Positions 9,420-17,488 of a DNA stretch of 64,000 nucleotides are shown here, in pieces. Within the stretch, counting starts at the first letter, position 1; each line of letters opens with the position of its first letter. The stretch comes from Candidatus Hydrogenedentota bacterium (lineage in GTDB: Bacteria > Hydrogenedentota > Hydrogenedentia > Hydrogenedentales > SLHB01). Where the stretch lies: assembly GCA_963745075.1 (NCBI GenBank), contig CAVUWV010000028.1, forward strand, positions 96,001-160,000, in the 5' to 3' direction. A program made the translations under genes and the position numbers. The notes beneath the pieces are model-generated. The model was not told the DNA's origin and searched no databases. It was given only the letters and a program-made list of their open reading frames with translations.

Positions 9420-10997
9420 ATGCACACGCACACCACGCCGCTGGGTTCACCGGGGGGATTGACAAACGGGAGGATGCTGGCGCTGGTCGCGTTACGCGTA
9501 CTGATTGGCTGGCATTTCCTGTACGAGGGGCTGGTTAAGTTTTATGCGCCGGACTGGACCTCGGCGGGGTATCTATCGAGTTCGCGCTGGCTCCTGGCAG
9601 ACACGTTCCACTCGATCGCGAGCACGCCGCAGGCGTTGTCGGTGGTCGATTTCCTCAATATTTGGGGACTGATCCTGATTGGCCTCGGGTTGCTGCTCGG
9701 TGGTTTTTCGCGGCTCGCAGCGGTCTCAGGCGCGTTGCTGCTCGCGCTCTACTACATCGCGCACCCGCCCTTCGTCGGCGCAGACGTGGGTATGCCGATC
9801 GAAGGCAGCTATCTCATCATCAACAAAACCCTCGTGGAAATGATCGCGCTGATTGCGTTGGCCGTGTTCCCCACGGGGAAATATCTCGGGCTGGACCGGT
9901 TCGTGGCGTATCTGCGGATCCGGCGGCATGCTGCCGACGATATTGCGATTGTTGACGATGTGCATCGGTCCGATGCGCCGCCGCTTAAGGCGCGGCGGGA
10001 ACTGCTCGCGAGCTTGGCCACGTTGCCGGTGGTCGGGGCCTTCGGGTACGCATTCGCAAACCGGCGGCAACCCACCAGCATCGACGCCATGACGGGCGCG
10101 ACGATTACGTTCGAGAATGAGACCCTCAAGGATTTGAAGGGTACCTTGCCGACAGGCCGGATCGGCGACCTGCGCATGACCCGCTTGATCCTGGGCAACA
10201 ACCTCATCGGGGGCTGGTCGCACTCCCGGGATCTCATCTACGTCTCCAAACTGTTCCGCGCATACAACACGGAACGGAAGGTATTTGAAACGCTGTGCAC
10301 GGCGGAGCGGGCCGGGATCGACACGTTTAACATCGTCAACGATCAGTTTCCGATCTTCCATCGATACCAGGAGGCCATGGGGAGCAAAATGCAGACCATG
10401 TGCCAGTGCTTCCCCGAAGTCGGCGACGTCCGCACGGACCTGGACAAGGCCATCGACAACGGTGTGACCACCATGTACGTGCAGGGCGGGCGATGCGACA
10501 GCCTTATCCGCGACAAGTATATCGACGTGGTGGCGGAAGCCGTCGAGTACGTGAAGAGCCAGGGCTACGTTGCCGGAATCGGGGCGCACTCGATTGAAGT
10601 GCCGATACTCTGCGAACAAGCAGGCCTCAATCCGGACTACTACATGAAGACCTGCCATCACGACCAGTATTGGTCCGCCATCCCGCGTGAAGAGCGTAAA
10701 GAATTCTGCATCGTCGCCCCCTTCGACGCGGACCACGATCAGTTCCACGACAACATGTGGGATCTCTTCCCCGAAAAGACCATCGAGTTCATGGAGACGG
10801 TGAAGAAACCGTGGGTCGGGTTCAAAGTCCTCGCGGGCGGCGCGATTCATCCCAAGGACGGGTTCAAGTACGCCTTCGAAAACGGCGCGGACTTCATCTG
10901 CGTGGGGATGTTCGATTACCAGATCGTCGAAGATGTGAACATCGCGTTGGATGCCCTGGCGGCAACGGAGACGCGGAAACGGCCGTGGTTGGCGTGA
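9420..10997 (+). CDS. DoxX-family membrane domain fused to an aldo/keto-reductase-like TIM barrel
   Basis: LRVLIGWHFLYEGLVK and LIINKTLVE (DoxX/DoxD); PTGRIGDLRMTRLILGNN, GIGAH, KPWVGFKVLAGG, FENGADFICVGM (AKR-like). Confidence 0.8.
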   Translation: MHTHTTPLGSPGGLTNGRMLALVALRVLIGWHFLYEGLVKFYAPDWTSAGYLSSSRWLLADTFHSIASTPQALSVVDFLNIWGLILIGLGLLLGGFSRLAAVSGALLLALYYIAHPPFVGADVGMPIEGSYLIINKTLVEMIALIALAVFPTGKYLGLDRFVAYLRIRRHAADDIAIVDDVHRSDAPPLKARRELLASLATLPVVGAFGYAFANRRQPTSIDAMTGATITFENETLKDLKGTLPTGRIGDLRMTRLILGNNLIGGWSHSRDLIYVSKLFRAYNTERKVFETLCTAERAGIDTFNIVNDQFPIFHRYQEAMGSKMQTMCQCFPEVGDVRTDLDKAIDNGVTTMYVQGGRCDSLIRDKYIDVVAEAVEYVKSQGYVAGIGAHSIEVPILCEQAGLNPDYYMKTCHHDQYWSAIPREERKEFCIVAPFDADHDQFHDNMWDLFPEKTIEFMETVKKPWVGFKVLAGGAIHPKDGFKYAFENGADFICVGMFDYQIVEDVNIALDALAATETRKRPWLA

Positions 10998-11004
10998 GGG
11001 GGAA

Positions 11005-11163
11005 CTACATCGGGGTTAAATGTCGCAATTTGCTGATAGCCCCGAGGAAACCGAGCACCGCCACAAGTAGTAGCATCCCGATAATCAGGCAGCCGCTGAC
11101 ATCCACGGAGATGAGCGACCAGCTCTTGCGATCGGGTCGCCTTCGCCAAATCCACCAAGACAT
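11005..11163 (-). CDS. Small (52-aa) single-pass membrane protein
   Basis: GAGGAGG RBS before ATG at 11163; MSWWIWRRRPDRK followed by one TM helix. Confidence 0.5.
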   Translation of the reverse strand: MSWWIWRRRPDRKSWSLISVDVSGCLIIGMLLLVAVLGFLGAISKLRHLTPM

Positions 11164-11239
11164 GGGCGTGTGCCTCCTCGGAATGGGACCTATACGACCT
11201 ATGGGACGTATGGGACCATGAAACGGAGCAACGGTCGGG

Positions 11240-12071
11240 TCACGCCGCTCCGATCGCATCTACAATCCCAGTATACCACTCCCACGGAAGCCTCACCTTC
11301 CCCATTTCCGCTTGGCCTTTGATTTCGCCGTGACAGTCGGAGCCACCGGTGACGAGGAGATTGCGTTCGCGGGCGAGCTGGTGGTAGGCGTCGGATTGGC
11401 CGGGGCTGTGTTTGCTGTGGTAGACCTCGATACCATCGAAGGGTAGTTGCAGGAGCTTAGGCAGGATGATGTGGGTGGTGCCGATGCCGGGGTGGGCGAG
11501 GAAGGCGAGGCCGCCGGCGCCGTGGATGAGGGTCGATGGCGCGTTCGCAGGAGAGGCGGACTTTCGGGACGTAGGCGCGTTTGCCGACTCCGATATAGCG
11601 GTTGAATGCGTCCTGCACGGTCTTGACGTGACCGGTGGCGTGGAGTTCGCGGGCGATGTGCATGCGGCCGATGGCGGCGCCGGGCCCGGCGTGGGCGGCT
11701 ACGGCGTCCAAGGTGATCGGGATGCCGAGAGCGTTCAGCCTTCCGACGATTTTGACGGCGCGTTCGTTGCGGCTATCGCAGAGGCGCGTGAGTGCGGTGT
11801 TGAGCTCAGCGTCGTCGAGCCGGATGCCGAAGCCGAGGATGTGGACTTCGTGTTTGCCGTGCGACGCGCTGATTTCGGTTCCGCGGAGAAATTCGAGTCC
11901 TGCCGCGCGTGCGGCGGCTTCGCCTTCTTCTAAGCCCGCAAGGGTGTCGTGGTCGGTAATGGCGATGGCGGAGAGACCGGCGGCGACGGCCCGTTCGACA
12001 ACGCGCGCGGGGGAGTCGGACCCGTCGGAGTAGTGGGTGTGGAGGTGGAGATCGGCGTAGCGCTCGGCCAT
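11240..12071 (-). CDS. PHP-domain phosphoesterase (TrpH/YciV family); one apparent +1 frameshift near 11531
   Basis: DLHLHTHYSDGS, AITDHDT, EVHILG, IGRMHIA; removing one base restores LAHPG...GIEVYHSKH...TGGSDCHG and a stop at 11240. Confidence 0.85.
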
Positions 12072-12100
12072 GGGTTAGGCGCTCTCGGCAAAGGGCGGAA

Positions 12101-12280
12101 GAAGAACATCCCCCTTGATCCCCCTTCGAAGGGGGAATTTCGCGTGTTTCAGGTACCGGACGGACGTGTCTGTAATGACTTCGATACGAAGACTTCGGAA
12201 GCTCGAATGCCGCGCCGCAAAGCGTGCGCCGATACTTCCCCCTTTGAAGGGGGCAGGCCCGTAGGGCCGCGGGGGATGTT
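12101..12280. repeat. About 180-bp dispersed element with CCCCCTTnnAAGGGGG hairpins, copy 1
   Basis: 37-bp left end nearly identical to 31403-31439; right end TTCCCCCTTTGAAGGGGGCAG...GGGGGATGTT shared with copy 2. Confidence 0.85.
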
Positions 12281-12308
12281 GTCTGCACGGGATGCATATG
12301 GTTGCTCA

Positions 12309-12800
12309 TCAGCTCTTCATGTTCACGTATTGGAGGGGGACTTCCAGGTCCTTGGCCTTAAGCATTTGGATGACCTTTTGCAGATCGTCAATCTTGTTGC
12401 CGGTGACGCGGACTTGTTGGTCCTGAATCTGGGCCTGAACTTTCAATTTCATCGCTTTGATCATCTTGACCATCTTCTTGGCGAGATCGGTTTCGATGCC
12501 CTCGATGATTTTGGCTTCGCGTTTGACATGACCTTTGGCGGTGGGCTCGACTTCGCCGTATTGCAGGACCTTCGGGCTGACTTTGCGCTTGACGAGGTTG
12601 CCGGCGAGGGTTTCTTCGATGGCCTGGAGTTTCATCGTGTCCTCGGTGGTGATGGCGATGCGCAGGCCTTTCTTGTCGAGGGTAATCTCCGTGTCGGAAC
12701 CGCGGAAATCGTAGCGGGTGCCGACGACCTTCTTCGTAATATTAACGGCGTTGTCGACTTCTTGGAGGTCGACCTTGTTGACGATGTCGAAGGACGGCAT
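12309..12800 (-). CDS. yajQ: YajQ family cyclic di-GMP/nucleotide-binding protein
   Basis: MPSFDIVNKVDLQEVDNAV...RYDFRG...KVQAQIQDQQVRVTGNKIDDLQ. Confidence 0.95.
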   Translation of the reverse strand: MPSFDIVNKVDLQEVDNAVNITKKVVGTRYDFRGSDTEITLDKKGLRIAITTEDTMKLQAIEETLAGNLVKRKVSPKVLQYGEVEPTAKGHVKREAKIIEGIETDLAKKMVKMIKAMKLKVQAQIQDQQVRVTGNKIDDLQKVIQMLKAKDLEVPLQYVNMKS

Positions 12801-12908
12801 TTTCGTGCAGTCTCCTTTGTCGTTGTTGGTTCCCGACGACGGTCTTCCTGTGCGAATCGGTCGATTGGGTTAACCCGCCAGGCTGGTGCCTGGCGCTCCC
12901 AGTGGTTG

Positions 12909-13837
12909 TCAATGAAGTTCAGTTTGTTGTTTGTATTCGTCGAATAGACTTGCGATATCGACTTCTTTCGCGCTCCCTTTGTGGACGACGACACGGTAGC
13001 GGAGGGTCAGTTTCTCGCCTTTGGGGAGATCGAGGCGGTCGTTGTCGAGCCAAAACATGGGGGTTGGGGAGAAAAATCCATAGTCGCGGGTGAACCATTT
13101 GGACGGGATACCAGCGGTTATTGGGGTTCTGGAAGATGGCAATGCCTTCGGTTACGCCGTCGCGGGCGCCGGAGTAGTCACACCAAGGGGATTCAACACC
13201 GTAGGTGCCCTCCTCCTTCATGTTGCCCTGTGCGTTGATGAGCGTGCCGCCGCTGTTGACGCTGAGCTCCGGAACCACGCGCGCGGAGAACAGGGAGTGG
13301 TTGGTTTTGGTGATGGTAATATCGACCAGCGGCGTAAGGGTGATTTCAAAATCGATCAAGCGGACTGTGTCGCTGGACGCGGTGATGGTTACTGTGCGTT
13401 CGTCGCGCATGACGGGTTCTTCGCCGGGCTTGCGCCATTGGCAGACATCGGTAAAGACTACCTGGTTTCCCCCGCTCTCTACGATGACTGGGCCTTCGGA
13501 GACGATTTGTCCCCGATCGTTCACGTCCTGCCAGTAGTTGCCGTCGTTGACATGGTCGCACCCGAAGAACAGGGAATGATGGTGCGGATAGGGTTCCGAT
13601 GACTCCGTCGTGATCGATTCGCCGGAGGCCGGGCCATTCACGGGCCAGAAGTACGGGTATTTCTGATCGCCGGTGAATTTGTACGCGGTGAACAGCGTGC
13701 CGTCGACGCGGACTTCAATCTGCGTACTCGAACGCGTTGCGGTAACTTCCGCCTTTGCGCAGACACTGACGGCGAACGCGAGCAGCCACGCCCAGTGCTA
13801 ATCGCCGCAAGCAGGGAAAAGATGGGCATGTAAACAT
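12909..13837 (-). CDS. Secreted DUF6807 ('PmoA family') protein; apparent frameshifts near 13785 and 13107
   Basis: GAGGAGG RBS; reconstructed FTAYKF...KYPYFWPVNGP...PYPHHHSLFF...SPWCDYSG...WFTRDYGFFSP...LTLRYRVVVH across three frames. Confidence 0.75.
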
Positions 13838-14001
13838 ACTGCCTCCTCATTGGATATCCGGGATCATACCCAGAATACGCGTTTGGAGGCCGCACGATCT
13901 AGTCGGCGACTTGCCACCACGATGGCTCGGAACACGTCCAGAGTCAGGCGATATTGCGAATGACTTGTCGACGAGATGGCGATACGTCGATTTGACTCCG
14001 C

Positions 14002-14427
14002 TCACCCTTCCGGAGCTCCCGCGAGGATCCATTTTCGCAGGGTTTCGATTTGTTCGCTGGTGAGGGGGTCGCCTTTCTTGGGCATGTAAGGCTCTTCCTG
14101 TTTCGTCACCAACCGGAAGAGTTTGCTGCCGTCGGGGTTGCCGGGGACGATTACGGCGCCGGATTTCCCGCCCTTCATGACCTCCGCATAGGAGTTGACC
14201 GAGAAGTTCCCTTTCGTGCTTCGGCCACCATGGCAGTTGTTGCACGATGCATTGAAGATGGGCCCGATATCCTTGGCGAAGGTTACACTCGCTACGGTTA
14301 CATCGGAAGCACTGGGACTTGCGGTTGGCGGGTCGGTGGCATCTTTTGGGGTAGACGAAACCTGTTTGCAGGAAACGACACCAAGAACGACAAGGATGGT
14401 CAGGCATCCCCAGAACACTCGACTCAT
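14002..14427 (-). CDS. Lipoprotein c-type cytochrome (planctomycete cytochrome C domain)
   Basis: Lipobox-like LGVVSC; VTFAKDIGPIF, CNNCH heme motif, IVPGNPDGSKL, MP, WILAGA. Confidence 0.85.
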   Translation of the reverse strand: MSRVFWGCLTILVVLGVVSCKQVSSTPKDATDPPTASPSASDVTVASVTFAKDIGPIFNASCNNCHGGRSTKGNFSVNSYAEVMKGGKSGAVIVPGNPDGSKLFRLVTKQEEPYMPKKGDPLTSEQIETLRKWILAGAPEG

Positions 14428-14578
14428 GGTTCACTACTCCTTCCGGTATTCGTGCCGGCGGCATACCGCAGTCTTAACTGGTGATTCTGCAATTGGTTTG
14501 CGGGCACACGTCGCCCATATTGGCCAATGCATTCGTGGGCGGTTCGAGATTATGTCGCGACCGGGCCAAGATTTCCCT

Positions 14579-14607
14579 TTGCAACCACGGACGCGATATT
14601 GTAAACT
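14579..14607 (+). promoter_or_regulatory. Putative sigma70 promoter
   Basis: TTGCAA-17bp-TAAACT about 80 bp upstream of ORF 14689. Confidence 0.5.
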
Positions 14608-14688
14608 GAATACCCGGAAACAGGGGCGGGCGGCGTTGTATACCCAGATGAAGCCGCCGGATACAACATCGGATGGAGAGGCCTATTC

Positions 14689-15408
14689 ATGAAAGCGATG
14701 AGCACTACTCTCGCGGTGGTCCTTGCCGCCGTATTCTGCAGCCATGCAACCGCCATCGAACCAAGCCACTGGGGCAAATATGGCAATCCCGAGGAACCGG
14801 CGACTCGTCCCTACAAGGCGATGTGGCGGGGACTTAAAGCCATTCCCTATCAGATTCGCACCTCCAAGCATTCCGGCGAAGCGAAAGTCGAGGCCAAATG
14901 GGGCCGGGTGGAAGGATTTCGTGGGGTCCGTCGTGGCGTCGTCGAGCTGGGCTACAGCACGTGGTGGGGCATGGCCGGCACCTATCCGGCGCCGGTCGAT
15001 GATTTCAGCAGCGCCAACCAGTGGATCGAGCATGACCGCCGGCTTGCAGCCCTGTGCGACCTGCCCACGACCGCGGGCATTTTTGCCTTGGTCAGCGGCA
15101 GCAACGCACTGGTGATGATGTTCGGGTCCGCCGCGGTGACGGTCGCGCAAAGCGAAGTCGATCGACGGGTGATGGGTCCGGAACAATTGGAGGCCAATCT
15201 CGAAGCGGCTCGCCGCACTCGTGCTCAGAATTGGCCGGCTTATGGGCCAGACCGTAACGAGGCGCGTCCGCAAGGGCTGAAATTCACCGGTACGCTTAAA
15301 GAAGAACACGACAGCAAGAAGGCGGAGACGGAACTCGAAGCGCTGGACACGCCGTACTCGGGCGACATGATTGCGAAGGCGCGCCGGGGCCGCATCGCCG
15401 AAGACTAA
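14689..15408 (+). CDS. Hypothetical exported protein
   Basis: GGAGAGG RBS, signal peptide, followed by a terminator. Confidence 0.7.
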   Translation: MKAMSTTLAVVLAAVFCSHATAIEPSHWGKYGNPEEPATRPYKAMWRGLKAIPYQIRTSKHSGEAKVEAKWGRVEGFRGVRRGVVELGYSTWWGMAGTYPAPVDDFSSANQWIEHDRRLAALCDLPTTAGIFALVSGSNALVMMFGSAAVTVAQSEVDRRVMGPEQLEANLEAARRTRAQNWPAYGPDRNEARPQGLKFTGTLKEEHDSKKAETELEALDTPYSGDMIAKARRGRIAED

Positions 15409-15435
15409 TCCGCACCGTATACGCAAAGCATTACC

Positions 15436-15466
15436 CACGCCCGGTGATTTGCCGGGCGTGTTTCTT
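15436..15466 (+). terminator. Rho-independent terminator
   Basis: CACGCCCGG/CCGGGCGTG stem followed by TTTCTT. Confidence 0.65.
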
Positions 15467-15486
15467 GATCCGAGAGACCACCGCCC

Positions 15487-17274
15487 GTGAGCAGCAGCGC
15501 ACAAAACCGTTTTGTACCCATTCTCACCGCAACGGCGTTGATCGCCACGTTCTACGCGCTGGGCGTCAGCGACGTCATCACGGATAACGAGGGACAACGC
15601 ACCACCCCACCGGCCGAGATGGTGCGTTCCGGCGATTACCTGATTCCTACCATTAACGGAGCCGATTATCTCGTCAAACCGCCGCTCCTCTACTGGGCGA
15701 TTGCCGGACTCTACAAGGTCACGGGGAACGTCAACCCGTTCGTCGCGCGAATCCCCACTGCACTGTGTGGGGCGATGCTGGTCGTTGCCGCGTATCTCGC
15801 GTTCCGGAAACGGGCGGGCGACGGGCCTGCCAAGTGGGCGGCGTTGGCCCTGTTGGCATCGCCCTACGTGCTCGAACGCATGCGGTGGGCGGAACTGGAT
15901 ATCCCGCTAACCTTTGCCGTGTTTCTCAGCGTGGTCGCCTTTGAACGCGCGGCCTTGGCAACCGAGACCCGGTCTTGCTGGGGATTCATCCTGGGTGCGG
16001 GCGTTGCCTTCGGCGCGGCCGTCATGCTGAAAGGTCCCGTGCCGTTCCTGTTCCTGTGGGTGGCGGGCGTGGCGGTGCTCACCGTAAATGGTGACGATCC
16101 CAACCGGGTCGTGCGCCTCGGGTTGACTTGGAGTTTGATCGCGTTCGCAGTGGAAGTCGCTGCCAAGACCGCAGCCGGACTCCTGCCCGCCTACGCAAAA
16201 TTCCTGGGAACGCCGGTTGAACTGGGAGCGGTAATTCTGTTGTGGACGGTCCTCGCGTGGCGGTTTGGCGGAGAAAACCGTTGCCGGACCCTGGGGCTGT
16301 GGTTCGCGACCCTGGCCATCGGCGTTGCCGTCGCGGCACCGTGGGCGCTGGCTGTGCTGTACACGAAGGGCTGGCCTTACATCAGCGGCATGTTGCACAA
16401 CCAGGTCGTCGAGCGGACCTACGTGGCCAGCCGGATCAATAGCGGTACCCCCTTCTACTATGTTGCCGCCATCGGTGCAATGCTGGCTCCATGGGGGCTA
16501 TTGCTGCCCCTCCACATTTCGCGCGGGCAGTGGAACAGCCATCCGGCGCCGTACCGGTTTGGCCTCATCATGGGCTGGCTCAGTGTGCTGGTGTTTTCGC
16601 TGATTGCGGGCAAGGAATACGAGTACATCCTCCCTTGCGTGCCATTCTTGCTGCTGCCGACCGGGTTTCACCTCTCCGACGATCCCGAGGATATCCGGCA
16701 GCCGTGGATCGCCCGCTGGCTGAAGATCTGGCGCGCGACGTTCGCCGTGTTGCTCCCGGTCGTTGCATTGGGTGGCGCGGTGTATCTGTCCTTTACGGAA
16801 CCGCGCGCCTCGTTGCTGGTCTTCGTGTGGCCGCTGGCGTTGCTGGGGGTTGTCGCGGGCGTCCTGGGCATCGTGACGCCCCGCGGCCGGACGATTACCG
16901 TATTCTCCGCGGCGCTCTGCGTGATCCTGATCGGACTTGTCGCCCGTGACGACATCAACACGCGCGAAGACTCCCCCCGGGAACTCGCCCGACTCTGCGG
17001 CCACCTCGTCCGCGACGGCTACACCGTCGAAGCCGCCAAGGTCTACCCCGCCTTCGCCTTCTACGCCGAAGCCACCATTCCCATCAACATCAACCCCGCC
17101 GACGTCCGTTCCAAACTGGAATCCCCCACGCCCTACTTCTACCTGGTGCGGGAGAAAGATTTTCGATTGAGCCTTCCAGACAGCGGAGACATTCCCGGCG
17201 TCCAAATCGTCGCGGGGCCGTACGGCTATAAGACGGACATGGTGCTCGTGGGGAACGCGGAGTTGCCGCACTGA
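15487..17274 (+). CDS. ArnT/PMT-family (GT-C, GT39/GT83) membrane glycosyltransferase
   Basis: NEG...EMVRSGDYLIPTING..Y..KPPLLYWAIA, ARIPTAL, MLKGPV; many TM helices. Confidence 0.88.
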   Translation: MSSSAQNRFVPILTATALIATFYALGVSDVITDNEGQRTTPPAEMVRSGDYLIPTINGADYLVKPPLLYWAIAGLYKVTGNVNPFVARIPTALCGAMLVVAAYLAFRKRAGDGPAKWAALALLASPYVLERMRWAELDIPLTFAVFLSVVAFERAALATETRSCWGFILGAGVAFGAAVMLKGPVPFLFLWVAGVAVLTVNGDDPNRVVRLGLTWSLIAFAVEVAAKTAAGLLPAYAKFLGTPVELGAVILLWTVLAWRFGGENRCRTLGLWFATLAIGVAVAAPWALAVLYTKGWPYISGMLHNQVVERTYVASRINSGTPFYYVAAIGAMLAPWGLLLPLHISRGQWNSHPAPYRFGLIMGWLSVLVFSLIAGKEYEYILPCVPFLLLPTGFHLSDDPEDIRQPWIARWLKIWRATFAVLLPVVALGGAVYLSFTEPRASLLVFVWPLALLGVVAGVLGIVTPRGRTITVFSAALCVILIGLVARDDINTREDSPRELARLCGHLVRDGYTVEAAKVYPAFAFYAEATIPININPADVRSKLESPTPYFYLVREKDFRLSLPDSGDIPGVQIVAGPYGYKTDMVLVGNAELPH

Positions 17275-17488
17275 CGATATAGCCACGGTTGCCAAATCCG
17301 CCTTTTGGGTATAGGATCAAAGGGCTGGAGCCCTGTAATTTGGTGCGGTGTGCCAGGGTGTCACGATTCGGGCTGAATACGTGTGTAATAGGGGTTGTTA
17401 CACGCGGACTGCCGGGGAAGGAGTCTCGCGGAAAGAAGCGAATCTTTCCGGCGTGCTCGCTGGTCCCGGCGGGGGAAATGGCGAGCGA

